Shown: positions 27,600 to 36,904 of the stretch, in pieces
How the letters are laid out: the number at the start of each line of letters is the position of its first letter
Numbering within the stretch: position 1 is the stretch's first letter
DNA from: Acidobacteriota bacterium
GTDB lineage: Bacteria > Acidobacteriota > Holophagae > Holophagales > Holophagaceae
Reading direction: 5' to 3'
Assembly (NCBI GenBank): GCA_021794095.1
Contig: JAJYRN010000013.1
Span: 9,465 to 73,464, forward strand
DNA length: 64,000 nt
Position numbers and translations under genes: made by a program
Notes under the pieces: model-generated
The model's database searches: none
What the model saw: only the letters and a program-made list of their open reading frames with translations
Told to the model about the DNA's origin: nothing

Positions 27600-29525
27600 T
27601 CAATCCCCCGTGCGCTGGGCTTCCAAGTGGAGCCACTCGTTTTCCAGGGTTTCCAGGGCGGCGGCGACGGCGGCCCGGTCCTCCAGGGCCCGGTGCCCGG
27701 GGCTGTCGGAACGCAGGAAGGCCGCCGGATCCGCGAGCAGGGCATCCAGGGCGGCGACCTGCGCCTGCAAAGCCTCGAGCGCCGTCTCGACCTCCAGGAG
27801 GCGCCGCTGCTCCTTCTGGGTGAGTCCCGGTTTGCGGGGGCGGGGGGCGGTTTCCCGGACCTTCGCCGCGGGTTCCGCCTGGGCCAGGGCGGCCTGGGCG
27901 GCCCGCTCTCCCCGGAGCGACCGCACGGTGGAGGGGGGGCCTTCGTAGAGTTCCCAGCGCACGGCTCCCGCCGGGTTCCAGGCCAGGGTATGGGTCGCCA
28001 CCTGGTCCAGAAAGAACCGGTCGTGGCTCACCACCAGCAGGGTGCCGGGGAAGGCCATCAGGGCTTCCTCCAGGTTCTGGAGGGTGGGGATGTCCAGGTC
28101 GTTGGTGGGTTCGTCCAGCACCAGCAGATCCACGGGGGTGAGCATGGCCTTGGCCAGGAGCAGCCGGTTCCGCTCCCCGCCACTGAGGGTGTCGGCAAGG
28201 CGCGCCTGCTGGTCCACGGGGAAGCCGAACCGGGTGAGGTAGACGTGGGCCAGGATGGTGGAGCCGCCCACATTCACGACCGCGGCCCGGTCGGCCAGGT
28301 TGTCCAGGATGCTCCGCCGCCCGTCGAGTTCGCCCCGGCCCTGGGAGATGGCTGCTACGGCCAGCTTTGGATGCCGGATGACATCCCCGGCGTCCGGCGC
28401 CCACTCCCCTAGCAGCAGGCGAAGCAGGGTGGACTTGCCGCACCCGTTGGGACCGAGCAGCGCCAGGCGCAGGCCGCGTTGGAGGTTGAGATCAAGACCA
28501 CCGATCAATTCTGGGCCGCCCGGGTGGGCAAAGCGCAGGCCCTCAGTCCGCAGCAGGGCATCGCTGCGGTTCCCCCCCGCCGCGAAGGTCAGGCTTTGGC
28601 GGGTTTCCATCCGGGTCCGGTCCTCCACGGTGTCTTTCAAGTCGAGCACCTCCTGGATGCGCAGCTTGGATTTCCGTGTGCGGGCCTTCGCGCCCCGGCG
28701 CAGCCAGGCCATTTCCCGGCGAAGGCGGTTCTGCATGTGCTCGGTCAGCCGCGACTCGCGGAAGGCACGGTCCGATTTCTCCAGGAGGTAGTCGCTGTAG
28801 CCCCCGTCATAACTGCGGAGGACGCCGTCCTCCAGTTCCAGCATCCGCGTCACCACGGCATCGAGCAGGTGGCGGTCATGGGTGATGAGCAGCAGGGCGC
28901 CTTCGAAGGTCTGGAGCCACGCTTCGAGTTTCTCCACCTGGTCGGGGTCCAGGTGGTTGGTGGGCTCGTCCAGCACCAGCACATCGGGATCCTTGAGCCA
29001 GGCCTGGGCCAGGGCCACACGTTTGCGCCACCCACCCGACAGCGATTCGACTGGGGCCGCCAAGTCGGCGAGCCCCCAGATGACGGCCGCTTCCTTCAGC
29101 CTCGGTTCCAGATCCCAGCCCAGGTGATGGAGCTGGTGCTCGACCACCGCCAGTTCCTGGTGCAGGCGATCCATTTCGCTGCCGGTGGCTCCGGGCAGGC
29201 GGTCATGGATGGACTGGTGCCGCGCCAGCAGGCTCCGGTGATCGCCCAGCGCTTCTTCCAGGGCGCTCCGCACCGTGGCGCCCGGCGCAAAGGGGGGCTC
29301 CTGGCTCAGGCGGGCTACGCGTAGCCCCTGCGTGACCACCACCTCGCCGGTGTCAGGCGCTTCCTCACCCGCCAGCACCCGGAACAGCGTGCTCTTGCCG
29401 GCACCGTTCCTGCCAATGAGTCCCACTTTCTCCTGCTGGAAAAGGCCGAGATTCAGGCCGTCCAGGACGGGGTCGGCCCCGAAGCGTTTCGTGACATTGA
29501 TCAAACTCAAGGCAATGGGTGGCAC
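27600..29525 (-). CDS. uup: ABC-F family ATP-binding protein Uup
   Basis: Two ABC domains (GRNGAGKS/LSGGWRKR/LDEPTNHLD; GPNGCGKS/LSGGERNR/LDEPTNDLD) and a C-terminal KPGLTQKEQRRL coiled coil. Confidence 0.92.
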   Translation of the reverse strand: MPPIALSLINVTKRFGADPVLDGLNLGLFQQEKVGLIGRNGAGKSTLFRVLAGEEAPDTGEVVVTQGLRVARLSQEPPFAPGATVRSALEEALGDHRSLLARHQSIHDRLPGATGSEMDRLHQELAVVEHQLHHLGWDLEPRLKEAAVIWGLADLAAPVESLSGGWRKRVALAQAWLKDPDVLVLDEPTNHLDPDQVEKLEAWLQTFEGALLLITHDRHLLDAVVTRMLELEDGVLRSYDGGYSDYLLEKSDRAFRESRLTEHMQNRLRREMAWLRRGAKARTRKSKLRIQEVLDLKDTVEDRTRMETRQSLTFAAGGNRSDALLRTEGLRFAHPGGPELIGGLDLNLQRGLRLALLGPNGCGKSTLLRLLLGEWAPDAGDVIRHPKLAVAAISQGRGELDGRRSILDNLADRAAVVNVGGSTILAHVYLTRFGFPVDQQARLADTLSGGERNRLLLAKAMLTPVDLLVLDEPTNDLDIPTLQNLEEALMAFPGTLLVVSHDRFFLDQVATHTLAWNPAGAVRWELYEGPPSTVRSLRGERAAQAALAQAEPAAKVRETAPRPRKPGLTQKEQRRLLEVETALEALQAQVAALDALLADPAAFLRSDSPGHRALEDRAAVAAALETLENEWLHLEAQRTGD

Positions 29526-29595
29526 GCGGGGTTCCTCGGACCTTCCAGAATCCCATGGTTGAGGGGATCCTTGCCCCAGAGATCGTGAGGGTGCC

Positions 29596-30165
29596 ATGGG
29601 CCTCCAGGATGAACTTCAGCTGTCGAAACTGCCGTCCCCTGGGGTGCAGCTCACGCTCCAGATCATGCTCACGCGGGAGGCCGTGGTCCGGCTGCAGGAG
29701 CGGCTGTTCGAAGCCCATGGGCTGACCATCCAGCAGTACAACGTGCTCCGCATCGTCCGGGGGGGCCCCACCAAGGGGCACCCCATCTATGAAATCGAGC
29801 ACCGCATGATCTACCGCTTTGCCAATGTCACCCGGCTGGTGGACCGGCTGGAAGTCCAGGGACTGCTGAAGCGCGTCCAGGACGCGAAGGACCGCCGGGT
29901 GAGCCGGGTGGTGATCACGCCGAAGGGGAAACGCCTCATGGATGGCCTGGATGGGCCAGTCCAGGACCTCACGGGCCGCATGACGGGATGTTTCTCGGAG
30001 GCGGAATGCCTCGCCCTGGCGGACAGCCTGGAGCAGCTGCGCGAGCATTGTTTCCGGGAAGAGGCGGGTCAGACGCGGTGTCCCGGCTTGGCCGGGACAC
30101 CGCGTGGGGGTGCACGAGGGGGGACATCGCGAGCCGAAGGCGAGCAGGCGGTCCCCCCTCGTTGA
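29596..30165 (+). CDS. MarR family transcriptional regulator with repeat-derived C-terminal tail
   Basis: GLTIQQYNVLRIV, NVTRLVDRLEVQGLLKR..DAKDRRVSRVVITPKG; the last about 30 codons are a 99-bp repeat copy. Confidence 0.9.
   Translation: MGLQDELQLSKLPSPGVQLTLQIMLTREAVVRLQERLFEAHGLTIQQYNVLRIVRGGPTKGHPIYEIEHRMIYRFANVTRLVDRLEVQGLLKRVQDAKDRRVSRVVITPKGKRLMDGLDGPVQDLTGRMTGCFSEAECLALADSLEQLREHCFREEAGQTRCPGLAGTPRGGARGGTSRAEGEQAVPPR
30068..30165 (-). repeat. Full copy of the 99-bp double-hairpin repeat inside the marR 3' end
   Basis: ACGCGGTGTCCCGG/CCGGGACACCGCGT followed by GAGGGGGGAC...GTCCCCCCTC. Confidence 0.9.
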
Positions 30166-30168
30166 TCA

Positions 30169-31947
30169 TTAGCCCCCGGAACGGGGTGTCGTTACCTCCA
30201 GCTGATCCAGCAGGAGGAAGGACTCGGATTCGGAAACGCCGCTGACCAGGAGCCAGCGTCCCTGCGGCAATTCCACCCAGAGGGCCCTGGCTCCGGGGCT
30301 CCACCAGCCGGTCTGCTGGGTCCGCGCGCCGGCGAGGTGGTGCGCGCCCACCCGGTCGGAAGCGTCCGGCTGCGTGGTGGCTTCCACGGCCCAGGGTCCG
30401 CCCTGGCGAGTGGTCAGCGTGAGGAGGCCGCCCGCGAGGCGCCAGCGGCCGCCAGGCACCCGGAGGCGGCTGCCATCCGGGGCGGTCACCTGGTCCCCCG
30501 CGATCCGGATGCCGCGCTCCCAGGATTCAGGCCGCCAGACCAGGCCCTGCAGAGCGGTGGCGGCGCTGTCCCACCCCACGCTGCCCAGGTCCGCCAGATC
30601 CGAATCGGCGAGCTTGATGCGGAACGCAGAGGCCGGGGCCTGGTCGAAGGTGGGGTCCACGGGCACCCAGCGGTTCCCTAGCTTCACCTCCACCCAGAAG
30701 TGCAGGCCGAGCATACGGTCCACCGCCACCCAGCCGACGACCCCCCGCGCAGGCACGCCGAGCTTGCGCAGCAGCGCCACGGCCAGCACGCCGTGCTCGG
30801 TGCAATCCCCGGCCGGGTGGTGGCAGACCTCCAGGGCCGAGGCGAAGCCGACGCTGTAGTCCTTCTCGGTGATCCAGTCGAAGACAAAGTCCATCACGCG
30901 CCGGGTCAGTTGCCAGCGGCTCAGGCCTGGCGGAAGCGCCATCCGGCGGAGCAGGCCGTCGAAGGCCGGATCCCGGAAGGGCACCAGGGGGGTGGGTGCG
31001 AGGTAGGGCGCGTCCGCAGCGGCAGGCGTCCCGGTGCTTGGGGGCTCGGCGGCTTCGGCGGGTGTGGGCGGCTGGGCCTGGCGCAGGCGCCACCGGCCAT
31101 CGGGCAGCCGCTGCTGCTGGGCGTCCTCGGGCAGGGCCGGCGTGCCGCCGGTCACCCGCAGGGTCACCTCCGGCAGCCAGGGCAGGAAGGGGTTGGGCTC
31201 CAGGGGCTGGAGGGTGCGTTCGAAGAAGCCGGTGGTTGCGGGCGCCTGGGCGGGGGCCGGGAGTTCAGTCCGCTGGACCAGGAAGGGCAGGGCGCCCAGC
31301 AGGCCGGTCTGCCGGACTTCTCCGGCGATCGGGGAGATCCAGGATTCCAGGGGACTGCGCACGGTGCCATCGGTCTCCTGGCCGCGGTAGTGGATGGCCT
31401 CGGGGAAGCCCGGCAGGGGATCGGGCCCCTGGGGCTGGAGCGCCACCGTGCTCCACTGCTGGAGCGGGAAGGAGTAGGTCACGGCTTGCAGAGGTTGCCG
31501 CAGACGGGCGGCCTGCCGGTAGCGGGCTTCCAGGTCCCCCGGCCAGAGCAGGGCCCCCTCCGGCACGGGCTGGGTGATGGGGGTGCCGTTCTTCGGGACC
31601 AGGCGTAGCACGCCCGGCGCTTTGGGCGACCAGCTGGCGGTGCCTTCGAAGGGCTCCCGCGAAAGCTGGACCTTCCAGGTGAAGGCCAGGCTGCCGTCCG
31701 GCGCACGGCGGACGGTCTCCTTCAGATCCTGGCGGATGTCCATGCCCATGCGCGTCAGGGTGATCCACTCGTGGCTCACGGCCACCTGGCCGGGGCCCTC
31801 GGCGTGGATGTCCAGGGAGGCGCCACCCGCCTCCTGGCCGCCGATCCACTGGCGGAAGGTCCGCAGGGGCAGGGACTGACCGGGGCTTGGGGCGGCCAGC
31901 AGGCCACAGGCCAGGAGGGAGGCGGGCAAGAGGGGGGTCCAGCGCAT
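30169..31947 (-). CDS. Secreted transglutaminase-like domain protein
   Basis: Signal peptide; GDCTEHGVLAVALLRKLGVPAR, LHFWVEV, WVPVDPT (Cys-His-Asp triad). Confidence 0.88.
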   Translation of the reverse strand: MRWTPLLPASLLACGLLAAPSPGQSLPLRTFRQWIGGQEAGGASLDIHAEGPGQVAVSHEWITLTRMGMDIRQDLKETVRRAPDGSLAFTWKVQLSREPFEGTASWSPKAPGVLRLVPKNGTPITQPVPEGALLWPGDLEARYRQAARLRQPLQAVTYSFPLQQWSTVALQPQGPDPLPGFPEAIHYRGQETDGTVRSPLESWISPIAGEVRQTGLLGALPFLVQRTELPAPAQAPATTGFFERTLQPLEPNPFLPWLPEVTLRVTGGTPALPEDAQQQRLPDGRWRLRQAQPPTPAEAAEPPSTGTPAAADAPYLAPTPLVPFRDPAFDGLLRRMALPPGLSRWQLTRRVMDFVFDWITEKDYSVGFASALEVCHHPAGDCTEHGVLAVALLRKLGVPARGVVGWVAVDRMLGLHFWVEVKLGNRWVPVDPTFDQAPASAFRIKLADSDLADLGSVGWDSAATALQGLVWRPESWERGIRIAGDQVTAPDGSRLRVPGGRWRLAGGLLTLTTRQGGPWAVEATTQPDASDRVGAHHLAGARTQQTGWWSPGARALWVELPQGRWLLVSGVSESESFLLLDQLEVTTPRSGG

Positions 31948-31988
31948 CCCCCCAGTCTATCGGCGGTGGAAGGCGCCACACTGGCAGG

Positions 31989-32726
31989 GTGATCCGGACC
32001 TGCGATGCCATCGTTCTCAAGGCCACCCCCTATGCCGAGGGCGGGGCCGTGGTGTCGTTCCTGGGCGAGCATGGCGAGCGTTTGACGGGGGTGGCCAAAG
32101 GGATCAAAAAGCCCACGGCCAAGTGGGTGGCCGCCTTCGAGCCCCTGGGCATGGTGCGGGTGGCTTTCTTCGGGAAGGAGCAGGCCGATCTGAAGCGCAT
32201 CACCCGCTGCGACCTGGCCTTCAGCCCCCTCACCCTGGGCCACCTGGAGGCGAGCCTGGTGATGGCCTGTTTGGCCGACCTCTTCGACCGGGTGGCCCGG
32301 GAAGGCATCGAGGATGAACGCCTCTACCGGCTGCTGAGCGCCTGTGGCCGGGCCCTGAAAGCGAAGCCGGACAACGCGCTCGGCATTCTCGCCTATGCCG
32401 AGCATTGGTTGCTCCATTGCCTCGGCCTGCTGCCCCATCCCCAGGTCTGCGGACGGTGCGGCAGCCGGGAAGCCCCTCTGGTGCTGCTGAGTGATGATCT
32501 GGGGTGGTGTTGCGCGGCCTGTACCCCCGTGGATCCGGCCGAAGCCCTTCCACCGGGCACCCGGGCATTCCTGCGCCAGTTGCGCACCGCGCCGGCCGAG
32601 GAGGCCCCTGTGCCGGACCCCGCAGACGGGGCCCAGCAGGCGGTCACAGCCCTCCTGCGCCAGCGGCTGCTCCGCGAGCTGGGGGGGCGCCTCCGCAGCT
32701 ACGAGGTGCTCTGGCGACTGGTGTGA
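31989..32726 (+). CDS. recO: DNA repair protein RecO
   Basis: AIVLKATPYAE, GVAKGIKKP, AAFEP; C-terminal CGRC...CAAC zinc finger; GTG 31989. Confidence 0.88.
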   Translation: MIRTCDAIVLKATPYAEGGAVVSFLGEHGERLTGVAKGIKKPTAKWVAAFEPLGMVRVAFFGKEQADLKRITRCDLAFSPLTLGHLEASLVMACLADLFDRVAREGIEDERLYRLLSACGRALKAKPDNALGILAYAEHWLLHCLGLLPHPQVCGRCGSREAPLVLLSDDLGWCCAACTPVDPAEALPPGTRAFLRQLRTAPAEEAPVPDPADGAQQAVTALLRQRLLRELGGRLRSYEVLWRLV

Positions 32727-32789
32727 CTGGGTCCAAACTTGCCCCCGGCGATCCGGCCGCCGATGGGATCTTCAGGATCGAGGACGCGC

Positions 32790-35360
32790 ATGGGGCAGGA
32801 TCATTCGCTCTGGGAACATTTCGGGGGAGGGCGCCTGCTCATTGACGCCGTGATTCTGGTTGCCCTCGGGTCGCTGGAATACGCCATCCTGAGCCATCCT
32901 GCCGCCATCCAGCCCGGCGAAGGCGCGGTACTCGTGATGGTTTTCGCGGGGTTGCTGATTCTCGGTCGCCGGGGCATCAGCTGGCAGCGCGCCCAGGCCC
33001 TCAATGCCTTCCTGCCAGATTGGGCTGGACGCATCCTCCGTGGCAGCCGGCAGCCCGTGGTGCCCCCGCAGGGCCTCACCGAGGAGGCCGATCTGGCCGC
33101 CCGGGCCTTGAATATGGTCCTGGCGGATGCGCGGGCCGCGGAACTGGCCCTGGCTGCCCTTCAGGAGTCGGTGGCCCGCGACTGGCGCGACGTGGATGCC
33201 TGTCTCCAGGAAGCCGAGCGGAAGCTGGCCCAGGTGCGCCAGGCCCGGCACGAATCCGCGGACAAGCTCGCCCAGGCCAGTTCAGAACTGCGGGCGGCCT
33301 TCGAAGACACCCTCCAGCTGGACCGGATCGAGTTGGATCAGCGGCTCCGGGCCGACCAGTGGCGCCTCCAGGCGCAGTCCTTCACGGGATTCCTTGAGCA
33401 GGTCAAAGCCGGCCTCGGACAGTTCGAGAACCTGCTGGAGGAACTGCGGGACACATTCCCGCGCCTGCTCCGGGAGGGGGATGCCCTGGCGCGGCTGGCC
33501 AATTCGGGCATGCGCCATGGCGCCCGGATGGGGATGGCGGTCCGCGGCCTCGTGGCCCACACGCCGCGCCTGCTGGAAGAGGCTGCCGCGCGCACGGATC
33601 AGTTCCGTCAGTTCCGGAAGGCCGCGGACGAGTTGCGGGACCAGGCCGAGGCCCTGGGCCGTCGCATGGAGTCGTTCCGCACGGAGGCTACGGAGCGGAC
33701 CCGGGCCTTCGGAGGGGTGCAGGGTTCCCTCCAGGCGGTGGACCATGCCGCCCAGCAGGCGGGATTGCTTGCGGTCAATGCGGCCATCCTCGCCCAACAG
33801 GGCGGTGGCACCGCCGGGATCCAGGCCATCGGCGGGCGCCTTCGCCAGCTTGCTGGCCAGACCACCCGCGGCGCGGCGGAAATCGAGCGGGCCCTGGAAG
33901 TCCATGCCCGTGGGCTGGAGCATGAGACAGCCGGCCTATGGGACTTGCAGGAGGTGACGGAATCCCTGCTGGCCGCCATCCAGAACCTGTTGCGCTGGGC
34001 GGGGCGCCTGGACCAGCAGGGCCAGGAACTCGAGCGCCTGCTGGATTCCGAGGTGACCCACGTGGATCAGGTGCGCCAGCTCTCGGAGCAGGCGGAGCTG
34101 GCCCTGCACGAGGTGGGCGAGCGCTCCCACGCCATCGAAACGGCCATGGGCCGGCTCTGGAGCGTGGAGGCCAAGCTTCTGCCCGAGTTGGAGCGGCTGT
34201 CCCGCAGCGGAGGTCGCCTGTCGGACGCGGGCGGTGATCTCTCCCGCATCAGCCAACTGAACATCGAGGAGATCTGGGGAATCCTGGGGCGACACCGGGA
34301 GATCCGGCGGACCCAGGCCTACCGGCAGGTGGTCACTGGCGATCTGGCCCAGCTCCTCGCGGTGGAGGAGCTTGAGGGCGAGCCCGTCGCCCGGATGGCC
34401 TGGGCGCGGAGCTCCAGGGAGTTTCGGCTGGCGACCCCGCTGGAACCCCTCCGGCCACGGGGTACGTGTACTCCCGATGGGGCGTGCAGCCTCCAGCTGC
34501 TTGGCCTGGATCCCCTGGGCATGCCCGAGCCATCCGCCCTGCAACGGGTCAGCTGGACCCGCGCCGGACAGGAATGGCTGCTCGAGCTGCAGGACTCTCT
34601 CTGCTCGGAGGAGGCCCGCATGAACCTCTTCGAGGGCCTTCGGCACAGCGACCTCCTGACCTGTTTCCCGGGTACGCAAATCCGCATCGCCCACGAGGGC
34701 GTGCGGCTGACCCTGCCCGAGCCTTTCGCCCAGATGCCCCGGTTCCTCGCGGGGCTTGGCCTGATGCTTCCCTTGAGCGCGGAGGCCCTGGCTGTCCCGC
34801 CCCGCCCCGTGGCACCTGTTCCCGGGCGCATCCAGGTGCTCCTGTGGACGGGGCCGGACCTGGAACCGGCCATCCGTGCCCGGCTGCGGGAGCGGATCCA
34901 CGCCCTGGTCCAGGAGATTCCTGGGCACCACCTGCTGCTCCCCGAGGCGGCCCATGAAGGCGAGCGTCCTTCCTGTCCGTGGGTGGGCGAGGCGATGGAT
35001 GCGACCCTGGGGCTGAGCGACTGTCCGCCCATCCGCCTCCTGCCCCTCGCGGGGGCGCCCGAGGATCTGGCCGGCTGGCGCCCTCGTTTGGCCCAGGCGG
35101 GTGGGAGCGAGGGACGTGACGCCGGGCCCGCCCTGGTGGCGGTCCAGGTGAGTCCTGTGGATCCCGTCCTGCTGCTGGTCCAGCTATTCGGCCCAGGCCG
35201 AGGCCTCGCCGGGGAGGAGCACCCCGAGCTGGCCCCCCTGCGCGCGCGCCTGCATCGCGAGGTGCTGGCCCTGGAAGCGCCACGGCCCTACAAGGGTGCC
35301 TGGGATCTGCTGGAGACCTTCCAGCAGAAGGAATGGCTCATGGGGCTGCCGGCCCTGTGA
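32790..35360 (+). CDS. Atypical methyl-accepting chemotaxis-like protein with long C-terminal extension
   Basis: Two N-terminal TM segments, HAMP-like segment, coiled coil, QQAGLLAVNAAILAQQGG...GRLRQLAGQT hairpin-tip motif. Confidence 0.7.
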   Translation: MGQDHSLWEHFGGGRLLIDAVILVALGSLEYAILSHPAAIQPGEGAVLVMVFAGLLILGRRGISWQRAQALNAFLPDWAGRILRGSRQPVVPPQGLTEEADLAARALNMVLADARAAELALAALQESVARDWRDVDACLQEAERKLAQVRQARHESADKLAQASSELRAAFEDTLQLDRIELDQRLRADQWRLQAQSFTGFLEQVKAGLGQFENLLEELRDTFPRLLREGDALARLANSGMRHGARMGMAVRGLVAHTPRLLEEAAARTDQFRQFRKAADELRDQAEALGRRMESFRTEATERTRAFGGVQGSLQAVDHAAQQAGLLAVNAAILAQQGGGTAGIQAIGGRLRQLAGQTTRGAAEIERALEVHARGLEHETAGLWDLQEVTESLLAAIQNLLRWAGRLDQQGQELERLLDSEVTHVDQVRQLSEQAELALHEVGERSHAIETAMGRLWSVEAKLLPELERLSRSGGRLSDAGGDLSRISQLNIEEIWGILGRHREIRRTQAYRQVVTGDLAQLLAVEELEGEPVARMAWARSSREFRLATPLEPLRPRGTCTPDGACSLQLLGLDPLGMPEPSALQRVSWTRAGQEWLLELQDSLCSEEARMNLFEGLRHSDLLTCFPGTQIRIAHEGVRLTLPEPFAQMPRFLAGLGLMLPLSAEALAVPPRPVAPVPGRIQVLLWTGPDLEPAIRARLRERIHALVQEIPGHHLLLPEAAHEGERPSCPWVGEAMDATLGLSDCPPIRLLPLAGAPEDLAGWRPRLAQAGGSEGRDAGPALVAVQVSPVDPVLLLVQLFGPGRGLAGEEHPELAPLRARLHREVLALEAPRPYKGAWDLLETFQQKEWLMGLPAL

Positions 35361-35632
35361 CGGCCTTCCTGCAGACGCCTGGGGCAAGGGACGAAGGCGC
35401 TATCCCGTTCCGATTCCGAATGGACAGTGTGTGACGACTTCGTGGCGGTACGCCCCGTTTATCAGGATCCTGTAACATCTGCGCCCCTGGGTTGACGGCC
35501 GTTTCAGGTCACCGATACCTCTACCAAGCGATCTTTGGACACCTGTAGCCGGCAGCGATCCAGGGCCCGGGGTCGCTGCCGCCGCATGAAGCGGCCTGCA
35601 GGCTCCCCGGACGCCGACCCACAGGAGATGCC

Positions 35633-36388
35633 ATGTCCAGCCTCGCCTTTCCGGGCGGCCCAGGGCCTGTCTGCCCGGACCTTCCCCCCGCCCTCCGCCT
35701 CCACGCCATCGCGGCCTCCGCGCCGCCCCGGGAGCGCGCCCGCAGCCTGCTGATGGCCAGCACCATCTACCTCGCCCTGGCCGGAGGGGGAATCCTCCTG
35801 AGCCGCACGAAGGCTGTGCTGCCGCCCACCCTGATCCGTACCGTACCGCCCTCGCCCCTTGTGAATGTGATCCTGAATCCCGTGCTGCCGCGCCCGGCGG
35901 GGGCAGCCGCCGCCACGGGCCCCGTCTCCCCCCTGATGGCGGAACCTGTGCGCGCGTTACCCAGGGATTTCGATCCTCCCGCGCTTCCCACCGACCTGCC
36001 CACCGGGGATATCAGCCATCTCCAGCCGGAGGGAGCCGCCTCCGGCGCCTTGCCTGTGGGCGTCGTCCCGCCCAGCGGGAGCGGATCGGTCGAGGCCTCC
36101 CAGGCCAGGGCGGTGGCGTTGGAGGTGAGTGCCCTGGACATCCTGCGCAAGGTGGACCCAGCCTATCCTCCCATGGCCCGCGCAGCCCATCTCCAGGGTA
36201 CCGTGGTCCTGCAGATGACCATTGACGCCAGGGGCGTTCCTACCGAGGTGCAGGTGCTCGCCGGGCCTCCCGCCTTCCGGGAGGAGGCCCTCCGCGCGGC
36301 CCGCCAGTGGCGCTTCGAGCCCGCCCGGGTCAATGGCGAGGCGGTGCCGGCCAGCTTCCGGCTCACCCTCAACTTCCGCCTGCGGTGA
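35633..36388 (+). CDS. tonB: TonB family energy transducer
   Basis: Single TM segment, Pro-rich linker, PAYPPMARAAHLQGTVVLQMTIDARG, AARQWRFEPARVNG. Confidence 0.9.
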   Translation: MSSLAFPGGPGPVCPDLPPALRLHAIAASAPPRERARSLLMASTIYLALAGGGILLSRTKAVLPPTLIRTVPPSPLVNVILNPVLPRPAGAAAATGPVSPLMAEPVRALPRDFDPPALPTDLPTGDISHLQPEGAASGALPVGVVPPSGSGSVEASQARAVALEVSALDILRKVDPAYPPMARAAHLQGTVVLQMTIDARGVPTEVQVLAGPPAFREEALRAARQWRFEPARVNGEAVPASFRLTLNFRLR

Positions 36389-36395
36389 GAGGCCC

Positions 36396-36461
36396 ATGAA
36401 CGCACGGCTTCGCAGCGACATCAACGTGACGCCCCTGGCGGCTGCGCGGGAGAAAAACTGA
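36396..36461 (+). pseudogene. Truncated exbD/tolR stub (21 aa)
   Basis: GAGG RBS; MNARLRSDINVTPL matches the ExbD/TolR INVTPL motif, then unrelated AAAREKN and stop. Confidence 0.65.
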
Positions 36462-36479
36462 CCGCGTGCTAACCTGAGG

Positions 36480-36850
36480 CCGTGGATCAGGGCGCCGCTG
36501 CTCGCAAGGGCAGAGGAAAGTCCGGGCTCCGCAGGGTACTGGGCCTGGTAACGCCAGGGCGGGGCGACCCGACGGACAGTGCAACAGAGAACAGACCGCC
36601 GATGGATCTCCGGATCACAGGCAAGGGTGAAACGGTGGGGTAAGAGCCCACCGCCGGACTGGCAACAGGACGGGCACGGTAAACCCCCCAGGGAGCAAGA
36701 CCAAATAGGCCGGCGCACCGCGCAAGCGGCGAGGGTTGACCCGACCGAGCCGGCGGGTAGGTCGCTTGAGGTGGCTGGCGACATCCATCCCAGAGGAATG
36801 GCGCCCTCCTTCGAGAGAAGCAGACAGAACCCGGCTTACCGATCCACCGG
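36480..36850 (+). ncRNA. rnpB: RNase P RNA, bacterial class A
   Basis: GAGGAAAGTCCGGGCTCC, AGTGCAACAGA, GGTAAACCCC, GAGCAAG and ACAGAACCCGGCTTA motifs; P1 stem GTGGATC/GATCCAC. Confidence 0.96.
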
Positions 36851-36868
36851 AGCCCCCGCAAGGGGGCT
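36851..36868 (+). terminator. Hairpin after rnpB
   Basis: AGCCCCC-GCAA-GGGGGCT. Confidence 0.5.
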
Positions 36869-36904
36869 TCGCGCCGTGCCCCGGGCACGTGTTTCCATAG
36901 AACG

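Noticed and set aside
35361-35632. Cobalamin riboswitch upstream of tonB
   Set aside because: Lacks the B12-box and the GGGAA...GCCACTG core elements.
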